Positions 25,267 to 37,824 of a DNA stretch of 64,000 nucleotides are shown here, piece after piece. Position 1 is the stretch's first letter, and each line of letters begins with the position of its first letter. Position numbers and translations under genes: made by a program. The notes below the pieces were generated by a model that was given only the letters and a program-made list of their open reading frames with translations, searched no databases and had not been told where the DNA came from. The DNA lies in the NCBI GenBank assembly GCA_028023455.1, contig JAQFVV010000009.1, positions 10,168,001 through 10,232,000 of the forward strand, given 5' to 3'. This DNA is from Epiperipatus broadwayi. Its lineage: Eukaryota; Animalia; Onychophora.

Positions 25267-27877
25267 ATAATTACTAACAAATGTTGAAAAAGCTATGGAT
25301 ATAAATATCAGGTTACCAAGAATAGGTGGATTCATTATATTCTTGATTCCTTTGTTCAATATATATATATTAATGATCCAATATTATACTCAATTATTGA
25401 TACAATTTAACATTTTTTAATATTATTATTTCTAGTTTATTATAAGATTTAATGATGCTCTCAGGTTTTTTTCTGCATGGGATTTAATAAGTTTGAAAGC
25501 TGTTCTGAGAAAATTAATGTAAAGCAAAATTTGAAATTAGTATAATCCAAAATACTAGTTTAAAGTTATTTTAAATGAAACATCTAAGAAAAATACAGTA
25601 CTTGCATGTCATGCTGGGTTTATTATTAGCCCACTCTATGAATCTTTACATGTATATATGTTCTGTGCTTGAAAATAGATCAGTCTGGCAAAGTAATAGT
25701 TTGACTTAAGGGAGAGCACTTGATCACTGATAGAAGTATTTTGCTATTGCTTACAAATCTGGGCATTATTTTTATGACTTTAATATAAATTGCAATGTTA
25801 AGCTTCTAGAAATGAGGTCATATATTTAAATTCCATTGTTTTTTTTTTTTTTTTACATTTAATCAAACTTAAATTGTAATTTTTTTTTTTTAAAAAAAGC
25901 TTAAATTTTACTTAATTGAGATATAATAATCAAATTAAATGTTTGGGATGAATTGTTTTGTATGTATTTATTGTATGATTTTGAATTTTAAAAAATAAAA
26001 AAAAAAAGATTTGTCTATGTTATAAATAGTACATTTAAAACAAAATTGAATTGATATAAAATAAACTTTTTCATTTAAAAAAATGGTTTTTTAAATAAAT
26101 TATTATTATTATTTATTGATGTAGTGTTGTAAAACTCTCACTGATATAATTAATGACTACAAGAGAATTTGTGATGAATATACCTTTTTTGAAATAAAAA
26201 TATACTTAAAAAAATACTAATTTAATATCTTTCTTCCATGTAGACTTTTAATAGTATGGATCATTATTTTCTGCTAAGTCATATTTGCAAAAGTTTAAAA
26301 ATAAAAAACTTTTGTGTTGGTTGTAGTGTGCATTGGATTATAGATAATTTTACGCAGATTTACCCCCCCCCCCCGAAAAAAAATCCAACATGGTAGTATG
26401 ATAGCTGAAAAATATTTTTAATTTTTTTTTGTATTGGAAGAAAAAATATTTATTTATTAATGTAGAAGACTTCTAAAATAAATGTAATGGATTTAGTAGG
26501 TGTAATTTCAGTTATTATAGTTATTATATTTTCTAACAATTATATAACTATCATTATGTGAAACTACTTTTAACTATTTTTATTGAAATAATCATTTTTA
26601 TTACTTGCATTTTTAAATATTAATTTGTAAAAGAAATAGATCAATAATAATATAAACAATTTATTTATATTTCGTTTTAAAATATATAGTCTTTGTGTAT
26701 AAATTGATCAAATTCTGGTGCTGTCTTATTTTGTTTTCTTATCAATGTTATTATTTAAATAAATATTTGAAAATTAATTATATCAATAATAATAATTTTA
26801 TTTATTAAAAGAAAAAAAGATTCTTTAAACCAAGTTTTAACTAGATCATGAATTGTGTGATTGTTTGAAAGACTAATATTTTCATTAAAAAAAAAAAACA
26901 TTATTAATGACTGACAGGTATTTCTTTATCTTATTATTTTTATAAATGGATGTAATTTAAAAATATTAGAAATATTTTCATTTTAAAAGTAACTTACAAA
27001 ACGTACAATTTGTCAATAAATTTAAAATTAATAAATATAAAAATATGTTATTTTTTGATAATTATTATATTTTATTAGCTTTATGGAACATTTAATATTT
27101 TTTTTTTACAATGCATTATTAAGTCATTATAAAAATTGCATCTTCATCAGTTTCTTTTCTAAGAATGATAAAGTTAAAAAATATTGTATCTAAATTATTA
27201 AACAATAATTCTTTTGTTTATTTTTTAAAAATTACTCCAAAGCACACTAAAAAATTTTGAATTGTATACCAAAATGAATTATTTCTGAAGCATTGTATTT
27301 ACACAATATACAAACAATTTTTTTTTTTACGTTTTTAATATATTTATTAAACTAATTTTATATTTTAACTAATCTTGATATATATATATTGTCAAACATT
27401 ATATATTTTAACTAATTTCGATATATATATATATATTGTAATGGATCCTTAAAACACCATTACAAAAATTGAAGTTTTATAGGGGTGAAAATAAATTTTT
27501 ATAAGATTTTGTTTGTAAAACTTGATTAAAAGTTTTTTTTTTTTTTAATGCTTGTACAAATATACATGTATGTACGTGGGAATTATATTTTAATACCACA
27601 GCTATATTTGATTTTTAATTTAAAAAAGAAAACTAAAATTACTTTTTTATTTATTTATGTAAAAGTAAATTGTATAAATAAATTGCTTTTCAGATTTGGG
27701 ATTTAGATTGATAAGAATAATTAAAAATAAAGAAAACAATAAGAAAAGAATTTTTTCATTAGTTAATTCCTAGATCTTTGTAAAGGGCAATTTATTTTCA
27801 TTAATTAGATAACTATTGTTAGCTAGATGGAGAATTTTATAAATTTTAATTAAAAAAAAGTTTTGTAATTGGTTCAG

Positions 27878-28035
27878 ATATGAGATATGATTCAGCTGTA
27901 AAAGGCTTAATGAGGCCGTTGTATTATCTTTTCACTAACTCTGAGATACTTCCACCAACTCTGAGAGATACTTGCACAAACTATTCCTGCCAAAAGTACT
28001 TGGAGAGAATGATTCCTGCATATTTTGAAAGCTGA
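27878..28035 (+). CDS. Candidate exon or ORF, product unknown (MRYDSAVKGLMRPLYYLFTNSEILPPTLRDTCTNYSCQKYLERMIPAYFES*)
   Basis: Acceptor TTTTGTAATTGGTTCAG and a GC/CpG-enriched patch. Competing open frames exist on the minus strand (ORF 27907-28098), so strand and frame are uncertain. Confidence 0.25.
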
Positions 28036-31000
28036 TCCGGTAATTATTCTCCCTAGAATGAACATTAAACCTACCGTAGGGATATTTTCTTCTACCATGA
28101 TGTGCTAAGCTTTTTGCCAGGACAAATTTGTGCTTTCTGTGTTTCCATTAACCGCCTATAATGACATAAGAACCGGCTACAAAAAAACCACTAACCGACT
28201 TGCCCAAGCCTACCATCAGTGAATTCTGATCAATGAAACATATTCAAGAAGTTTAGTGTACTAGTGTTTAAATAAATTATTAAGGTACCTTATGTTCTAC
28301 AATTTAAATAATTTTGTCTCAAATTTGATTTCTTTTTTTTTTAAATGCAAATGTGTTTCAAGTTTTATCTTATGTAATTCGGTTTCTGTGCATTTGATTT
28401 TTTTTAAAAGAGTGCTAGTTTCAGACTTATACTGCTGTATGTCCCATTTAAGTCTTAGTAAGTAAGATAGTAGTTTTATTTTAACCTCACATTCTTTTTC
28501 GTTATAGAGTGCAGTCTGGATATTACAGACTAATTTAATTGGCTTTTGGCTTGTGACCCATTTTGTTATTAGCCCTACTTATGTCATGACCTTACTTATT
28601 AGTAATAGATTATTACAAAATATAATAGTCTTTAGTTTTATTTTTTCAAACTTCCAATTCATTTATTAAGGGCACGTATGATCGTTTTAACCCTCTCAAT
28701 AGGTATATCATGAGCTCTTAGCCTGTCTCACTCAGAGGGAGGTCAATTGATTGAAAGTAATAACTCTCAACACCCTTTTTTTGTTGTTGTTAATGTTTTG
28801 GAAGCTGCTTTCACATTTCGCCTGTTTTGGCATAAACTCTCATAAATTGCGAATATGGAGATTCAGTCTTTTCATAACTATGGGTTATAAGCAGGAAGCT
28901 TAACCTCTCTTGTCTTGCATGAGATCACTGTATTCTTACTAATACTTCTGCAACTGTCAGTATTTTGCACTCTTTCACACACAGGAAATCGCTCTCTAAG
29001 CCATATAAAATATTTTAGTTTATTTTTGACGAATGTACGAGTAGTACATTTTAATTGTATTTTAAAGTTTATTATTGAGATTTATGTTTATTTAACCATG
29101 CTACTAATAAAATTATTTATTCTTTTTTTTAATTGGCTGAATTTGTTTTCTGTTACTACCTTTCCATCTTTCTGAACAAAACATAAGATCTCAATTGCTT
29201 GATTGAGCTAGTTTGGTGCATTCAGTTTGCATATCCTGTCCACCCTTAAAATAAATGTCTAGTTCCAATTTTCGGATTAGTGGCGTCCTTGTGGTCAGTA
29301 TATGCGAATCCAAAAGTTTTCATCTGGTACAATATATTCAAATATTATTTGTAAATATATATATACAATAACTCTTCCATAAAGCATTTTCATCGTCTGC
29401 AATTTTAATAATCCAGAGTTTGAAAAAATAGTAAACAAAAAAATTTATAAATTTAAATGACTAAATATTACATATGGCTGTCTATATGATTAATGCCATG
29501 AACCATCACTTGGTCAGTCATTGTTTATTTTACATATCTAGTAACATAGTTGCTCTCATCTACTGTACTCTTTTTTTTATAACTGTATTATTTTATATAT
29601 GTATTAGTCACTTTTGTTGATGTCTTAATATGTATTATTTTAAAACTAAATTGTTATAAGTACATATATATGATTCAATCTTATTTGTGGTTTTAGCCAT
29701 CTATGTGAAGTATTGTATATGAAGCAAAAATCAAAACTGTCTTGTTTATTTATAAAAAGCATTAAATATATCAACTGTTTTATTATATTAAATTGATATA
29801 TGTATTTATGTGTGTGTATGTAATATGTAACATACACAGATATACGCAATGTATTTCACAATTCTTTTATAACTTATATTGATTTTTTAAATTAAATGGG
29901 GCTGAATACATTTTTGTAATACCTACACATATGTTAGCTCTACAATAAATTAGTACAAAAGTTATTGGGAAATATAGAGCATAATCGGAGGATTTTTTTT
30001 ATCATTTTGCAACAATTCAAATTATAATACAATATAATAATTTCTCTGGACATTTTGAATTATTCAAAGAATGTGTAACCTTTGAGTTAACAAGAGAATA
30101 TGGTCTATAAGCCACATACACATTTATTCATATGGTAACTGATATGTGTCGTTTATTGTTTAAATCATACTGACTTTTAAATGGTTAGTTATCAATTAAT
30201 ACATATTTTTGGTTCTATTAGCAAAGTTTTTGGATTAATTTCCTTGATTTATAAAAAGGTGTTCCGCATAGTTTTTAAATTATATTGAATATGAATATTA
30301 TTTATTTTTATCGAAGTCAGTTCCATTTCATATATTGTATTAAAATAATATTGTGAATTATTATTTTGAATTGATATTATATACATAAATATTACTTAAT
30401 TTTGATGAAAAAAAAAAGAAAAAAAATGACATCTCTCTACAAATAAGTAATTTTTTTATAGATGTTAAAAAACAACAAAAAAAACAATGTCATTTTATTT
30501 TAAAAATATATATCTTAGGTAAAAATCTTTTTTAAACATCAATATTATTAAAATATAATGTTTGTATTTATTTAATACTTTTGAATTACTCGTCATATCC
30601 AAATGTCTTATTTATCTGTTAAGAAAGCCACTGTTTAATACATATACTAATTATTGCATTTAAAACTGATTTAAGTTTATTTAGTTTTGAGAAGGTGGAC
30701 ATAGTTCCACTTTCATCACCACACTGTGTTGTAGTTATTTATTGTTAATTTCTTGATATATTTGACAAGTTTAATATATAAAAAAACGCACAATCACTTG
30801 ATGTATTATTTCAAAATTAGAATTATATATATATTGTTGATTTGGGGCAGCACTGTTGTATAAATTGATGGAAATATTTTAAACAGATATAGTTCTTCCA
30901 TGCTTAAGATAATGTAACATTGGAAAAGTATTTTTTATACTTTCTGATGCATAGATCCTAGTTCTTTATTCATGGTAGATAATCACTTCTTAAATGTCTG

Positions 31001-32199
31001 CACATTTCTTTTGGATAACCTGTTTGTAGATTAATAGTCTGGTACAATGAGTTTTTGGAATATATCTGGTCATAGCAATATGTCTGGACTTTATCACTGG
31101 TAAATATTGATGCATTGTCAGATATGAGAATATCTGGAAACCCATAATGAGTAAAAGGTTTTTTTTTGGAGAATTTCAATAAGTGATTGTGGTATAGGCA
31201 TAGTTGTGATTGGTTTGATTCCTGCCCATTTTGATTTTGCATTGATGATGACAAAAATGATATCCTTCGAATAGACCAATATAATTGATATGGATACATT
31301 GTCAATTTTATTTTTCAGTTCTTTTCAAGGGTGAATTGTTGGAGGTTCTTCTGTATTCATGTATCAGTTGCTTGATATTCTTGTTGTTGTCGCACCAGTA
31401 CACATAACATTGAGCTATTTTGATATCCCAATATGGGCATGATGCAGTTCTTTCAAACAATTATTATAATTCTCGCATGGTTATTTATGAACACTCATTC
31501 AAAGAACATAGTCTTGAGATATGCAGTTCTATCATGTTTCTGTTTGGACTGGCACACCAATAAGAGATTTGGAATTGGAGCAAAACCCAGAGTTGATGTA
31601 CCTCCAGGAATTGCAATTGTTACTGGAGTTAGCTTCTGCTGAATATGCATGTCAATTGATTGTTTGGTGTATAGGAAAGGTATGTTGAGTCACTTAGATT
31701 CTGATAGAAGTTGGTATCCTTATAATTTTCAAATTCTCGAGGCTTCATCCTAAGTTGATACTGATTTCTTCTTGATAGTGCTAACACAGAGTTGATCACT
31801 GTTCCATTTCAACATATACCCATTGTTTTACAAGATAATGGAGTTGATTAAATTTTTTCCAAGACATTATCTACCTTCCATTCTAACTTCTGGTTGAGGT
31901 AGAATCAGATTTGTATTTGATCTCCTATTCTTAAATGCTATATCTTGTCATACAGTATTCTTTTCTTGAATTTGAGTGACTTTAGTGTAGCCAGTTAAAT
32001 TCAAAATTTGATAGGTTAGATTAGTGATCTTCAACTTTTTGACATGTACCCCTAAGTCAAAAATAATTATTATTTGTTCCCTCTATAATATATATGTATG
32101 TGTAGTCAAAAATCAAATTATTTATTGTTTATTTATTTTAAACAATCTACATACATTTAAATTAAAGTACAAATTTACTTTTTGAATTAGAATTTAATG

Positions 32200-35100
32200 T
32201 CAGCAATATGTTTGCATTTGTTTAGTAATATCAAAAAAATCTGGTTTGATACCCTCTGTTAATGTAACTTGAAGATCTGGTTCTAACTCTAATTTATTTC
32301 TGTATTTGGTTTTAATTATTGTCATTGCAAAAAATGCTATTTCACAAAGATATTTAGAATCAAATGTCAAGATTGCATTCATTGCTGTGCTTACTAAATC
32401 TGGATATTCGGCTTTCAATACCATCCACCAATTACGAAGAGATTTTTCTTTAAATTCAGATTTTAACATTGTTCTTTTTCTTATGGCAATTAACTTTCTT
32501 GAGCTGTAATTGAAAGATGATCTATTTTTACAATTTCAGCAAATGGGTTCATGATTCATTGAAACTCTGTTTCAATACTAGAAAGATTTGTAAATTGGTT
32601 ACAAAATTCTGACTCCAAATTTTTGAAATGTGTAGATATAAGTCTTTTAATTTGTTTCACATTTACTTTATTTTCAGAAGCAAAATCACACAATGATGGA
32701 AACATTTCTAAAGACCCCTTTTCTAAATTCTCCCTCCACATCATGATTTTCTTTTGAAATGCAGTTACTTTCTCAGTCATTGTTAAAATGTCACCTTTTT
32801 CTTGAAGAGACAAATTGAGCATGTTTACTTTTTCAAAAATATTAGCTAATTAACATACTATCAACAGCTCCTTATCATCATTGAAAAAGCAGGCAAACTT
32901 TGAACTCTTATCTTTGTCCAAAAGAAAAATGTGTAATTCACCTTTCAGTTCAACAACTCTTTTTAACACTTTCCCTTATGATAACCAACAAACTTCTATA
33001 TGGTACAGGAGATTTTTGTGGTTTCTGCTCATTTCATTGCATATTATTGAAAATATTATACTATCCAAGAGTCCTGTTTTTATAAAATTAACTATGCTGA
33101 TAACATTCTGCAGCACACGATATATTTCTGGCTCCAATTTCTTTGCTGCAATAGTTTGCCAATGGGTAATACTGTGTATGAATTTCATGTGGTGTGCTAT
33201 TTAATTACCTTTGCCTTGAATCTTTTTTTCTTTCAGTTAAAACAGCTGTTCCATCACTGGTTACACTTATTTTCCATAAAATATTATTTGTAACAAAAAA
33301 ATTATTTGCTGTTGAAAAGATATCTTTTCCTGTACATTTTTTTTAAGTGGCTCACTAAAAAGTAGTTCTTCACACAATCCATTATTAAATTTTTTTTAAT
33401 AAATACCATTAACTGAGTAAAATTGGTCATATCTGTGCTTACATCCAATTGTATAGCAAATTTTCCACATTGAGTAATTTGTTTTAATAATTGTTTTTTT
33501 AAATTATCAGCAATAATTTCTATATGCCTAGATATATACATAGAAATGGTATTTGCTGACAAGGGAATATATTTTAGTTTCTCAGCATATTCTTCCCTGT
33601 GAATTATTTGCACCATTTTTATTGAAGCAGGAAATACAAGTGTTTCTCCAATGGTATGTGGCTTTTTATCTTTTGTTATTAAGAAACAAATCACAAGAGA
33701 GGGTTTTAAACATTTATCATTAAGTATAACAATTTTTTTTAAAATTACTAGCTTGAGTATTTGCAAGTTTTTAAATATTGTTCAAAAATTGCAATGGTCT
33801 GTGTTCATGTTCAGGGATGTTTAGTTTTTAAATGCTTTATTAACATTGATGGCTTTATACAAGCATTAGATATCATCTCATAACATAATACACATATACG
33901 GTGGTATTCATTGTTGACTAGTTATGATGTAAACCCAAATTTTAAGTAATCTGCTTAATAATTTTGAACTTTCTGGTACAATTTTTTTTGTACACACCAT
34001 ATCATTAATATTTTTATTCCTTAGCATGATTATTAATGAATTTGAACAATTATTAGTATTGTACCGGTATAAATCCACCACGCTTACTCATACACAGTAC
34101 CCGAGTTCAAACCCAGTCCACGTTTAAGAATAAATTCCAAAACGCCAACGAAATTCAAACCCAAACCCCGGCATGACTAACCGATGATGACTTTATAACA
34201 GCACGGGGTTATCCCTTTACTAGCTCAACTCAGAACACAGACTAAATTACTTACAGTTTTATATACAGATCTATTATACTCTGGGTATCGGTACGGTCAT
34301 TAATGTAATGTATATATTTAAGTTGTCAATACAGACAGTAGGTGACTAAATAGACTTCGAGAGTAATGAGGTGGAAGACACAAAATTAGAGTAAATAAAT
34401 TGTTTAATAACAAATAGAGAGCATAAAATATAGTATTCAAAAGTACGGTAAGATTTCCATAAATATTCTATTATAATTAGCTACTAGTCTTTAGTAATCA
34501 TTTTACCTGGTAAACAAACTCATACCAATATTTGTGTAGTGAACTGATCGACGGGTGGTTAAGGGAATCAGAGCATTTGAGCATTGAAAATATTTCTCTA
34601 CGATTTTATTAAGTTATTTTATTCGAATAGATTCGAACCGTTGCGTGTACGAATAGTTGGAGGGTGGTTTCGTATAACTATGATATCTAAGATTGATGTA
34701 CTAGCGGTTGCCTAGATTGAAGAGCCCTACAGTAATCACTTGCGGTGCATTAACGAATACCGGAGGCTTGTACTTTGACAAGGCTTAGCCCCCAAGTAGC
34801 TCCGGGACACTACAACCAGCCGGGATCATTTGAAACCCGGTGATCCAAGAGATAACCTGGGAAAGAATTGCTTTCTTCCCCATATGGTAGTATGGCGAGA
34901 CGCAACTCGGCGAAGGGAAGGCATTGCCACAGTCATCGAGGACGAGTGCTTGAAGTGGATTTGAAAAGGAATTATACCAAACCTGGGTAATCAATTCGTC
35001 TATTTCTGCGCAACAGGCTGATATAACTATTCCAATAAAACATGGCGGAATCAAACTGACCGCGAAAGCAATAATTAATTAAGTTTACTCTGAAACCCCT

Positions 35101-36650
35101 AACTCCCCCAGGTCGTTCAGGCGGTAGCGATGATAACAAATTATACACTGAGAACTATTTCTCATTTCATGTAGGAAACTAAGATAATAAACTTAAAACC
35201 CTTTACATTTTTAAGATTGAAGTATCGGTTACAATAGTATGACAACACAAAAAAAACATAATAAAGTGATTTAATATCTGCCAACTCAATATATGAAATA
35301 ATCTTTACTTTAACAACGAACTTCCTTTTAAAATAACTATAATCAATATTATAAACTAGCTTTAAACAGAGTTGGAAAATATTTCTATTGGCATCGTTTG
35401 TTTATAGCATAAGTAAATAGGAAAAAAATATAAATGTCTTCATTTGAATTATTATTAGTAGCTACAATATTTACAAACTATTTTCTAAAGACTAGAGCAG
35501 AGGAAAAGGAGAAAAGAAAATTTACTGACAGGTTTGAAACAGTAGCGTTATAAACGAAAAAAAACTTACATGTGATTCATTTGATTGACAGGTTAACTTA
35601 TAACATTAAGCTCGGGAGAAAGTTAAAAGTTCATGTAACACAGTTACCCTTCCTTCTTCATCCGGCTTGGCTTCTCACGATGGTATTTCTGACGAACGTA
35701 GGCGCGCATTTGAAATCTACTGGGAAGGCATAGTCAATTTGGAGATTGGAAGCTGGAAATTGTGAAGCACATAAAACATGATCAGTCAGCGGCACAAAGA
35801 TTCAAATTGGCGGGACAGAGATCAGCTCCTGGCACTTAGCCCATCGACATTACGGTTTACTGGTGGACTTCTTAACAAAAGTTGGAGAGATTTCTCTAGC
35901 AACTGCTTTGCTGTTTTTGAGACGATCTACTCTCAGCCACGTCAAAAGTTAGAATGTTAGTTTTCTCTACGATGGCCACGGTTGACCTTTCTGTCCGGTT
36001 TTTGTTTTAGGCTCCGCCTACTTTTCTCTAGCCTTCAGCAATCCAGCTTGACCATACAATATCAATTATCCATTTCCATTGTTCCGTTTTCAGCTATCTT
36101 TAACTTTAATACGCAATTTTAAATTGACAAAGTAATTACAAATATAAATTCCTTATCTAATTTCGAATACAACTCAATTACTCTATACATTTGTACAATA
36201 CAGATTTTAATTAAAACCACTGATCAAAGGAATGTGACTTTTGATCAGTAATTTTAAACGACTTTGTATAATTCTAAAAGGCTAAAATTTAAGCAAATAC
36301 ACCCGCAATGAAACTTTTAAATTAAGCTGATATAAATTCACAAACCACGCACACACGAATATTATTTCATGATTTGTGACATTTATGCACGGAATCTTTA
36401 CATATTTATTTACAAAACATAAAATATATATAGCTCAATTTTTGTGACTTGAAATGGAAAAATCCCATTGCGGGCGAATAGTATTTCGAATTACCGTACT
36501 TAAACACATGAAACTAAGATCGGTTCTTCGATCTGTCTGTTTCAGTATCAACACTATTATTTTTTTGTTGTGCACCAGAAATAGAAGTACTATCAGAATA
36601 ATATTCAACCCAAGGTTTCTTGGTGGCAATTTTTTTAACCATTTATCCAT
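32200..36650 (-). pseudogene. Disrupted Buster-type (ZBED8/SCAND3-like) transposase, split by the 34060-36544 insertion
   Basis: MDKWLKK start at 36650. BED finger YLKFGF...CVLCYEMISN..IKPS.L.KHLKTKH (33.8-33.95 kb), then KPHTIGETL, PLSANTI, FAIQLDVSTD, LLYHIEVCWLS, LNLSLQ and YLCE...IKTKYRNKL. Many stops and frameshifts. Confidence 0.9.
34060..36544. mobile_element. 2,485-bp TG...CA insertion with 4-bp TSD (solo-LTR-like, family unknown)
   Basis: Starts TGTACCGG at 34060 and ends CTGTTTCA at 36544, with GTAT at 34056-34059 and 36545-36548. Removing it restores the in-frame transposase sequence NSVDT|NNCSNS. No TIRs or internal LTR pair seen; CpGs are retained. Confidence 0.75.
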
Positions 36651-37662
36651 TTTATGAGGGATTTAAAATCAATAGCATTTAAGAGTTAACTAATTATAGT
36701 TATTATAACATACACTGCTATCTGTATAAGTTCTGTACAGTTCATAAAATTCTCTCAGTGATGATACACAACCTATGAGGCACTTGCACAATGGTGCTCT
36801 GAGCATCCAGAATGTAAACAGTATTGACAGATATAAAATTCATTTGCCTATCAGAAATCACTTCTGAATCTCCCTAAAAACTGCTAAATTTAAATTCTTA
36901 ATTTTCCTGCTAAAAAGCTAATAAAAATGCATTTTCCCACTAAATAAAATAATGATTACATTTTGAAATAAGGTGACATTTCACAGTATATTGACATACA
37001 CCCAAGAATCACTTTGTGTACCCCCTGTGGTATGCATATCCCACTTTGGAGACCACTGGGTTAGATTATTCAAGTATAATTTTCCATTGTTAGATGAAGA
37101 ATCATGATACGAGAAAAGTATTTCTCAGATTTTCTGATGCATATATCCTGATTCTTTACTTATGGCTGACAATCATTTTTATTGTACATTCCTTTCAGCT
37201 AATTTGTTTATAACTGGATGGTCTGGTCCAATAAGTTTTTGGAATATATTTGCTCTTCTCTGGTGAATATTGATGTATTGTCAAGTATGAGAGCATCCAG
37301 AAAACCATGATGAGAAAACATAGTTTGGAGAATTTCTAATACTTGATTGTTGTGACAAGGTTAAATTTTCATATGTTTTCATTTTGTAATAGTTACGACA
37401 AAAAGTGACATTCTTTGAACGTATCATCAAAATTGATATGAATACATGGTTGGTTATTTTCCATTTCTTCCCAAGCATGAAAAAACACTTCTGGGGACTA
37501 TTTCTTATGTCAGCACATGTTCTATATGCACATATCAATCATTCAAAATTCTTATCAAGATGGTGTCATTCCAGTTGGTATGGTGTAGATTTTGCAGAAC
37601 AATTTATTGTAGTACTTGTGGAACTATAGTACGTTTTCCCTTAAAAAATGGTAAAGCTGAAT

Positions 37663-37824
37663 AATATTTCTGTAATTTTCACTACACTACTCTCTTGCAA
37701 GATAGGAAGGGACTGGTTTCTATCCACTTTTAACACCCTGGGGAGGGATATTGTTAAGGCATATAAAAACTAGTATCTACCTTATGTGAGAGTGGTGTAG
37801 TGAAATTAACAATACAGAAATATT
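37663..37824. mobile_element. Small MITE-like inverted-repeat element inside the Gypsy remnant
   Basis: AATATTTCTGTA..TTTCACTACACTACTCTC vs GAGAGTGGTGTAGTGAAA..TACAGAAATATT. AATGGTAAAGCTG is duplicated on both sides (about 37647 and 37876). Confidence 0.7.

Larger units (their letters stand above)
32022..37058 (-). mobile_element. hAT transposon, Buster/Charlie family, complete ends
   Basis: 8-bp TSD GGTTAGAT at 32014-32021 and 37059-37066, fitting the nnnTAnnn Buster pattern. TIRs are CAGTGGTCTCCAAA (minus, from 37058) and TAGTGATCTTCAAC (from 32022). Confidence 0.93.

Noticed and set aside
27960-28270. Mitochondrial-code (TGA=Trp) or selenocysteine reading of one long frame
   Set aside because: The frame also contains a TAA stop, there is no similarity to mitochondrial genes by eye, and no SECIS-like element was seen.
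29190-29320. 42-codon minus-strand open frame (KLLDSHILTTRTPLIRKLELDIYFKGG...)
   Set aside because: Bounded by stops, with no start codon or acceptor at its 5' end and no recognisable homology.
35689-35730. CTGACGA...GAAA as a hammerhead in the TG...CA element
   Set aside because: No convincing stem II, stem III or stem I pairing.
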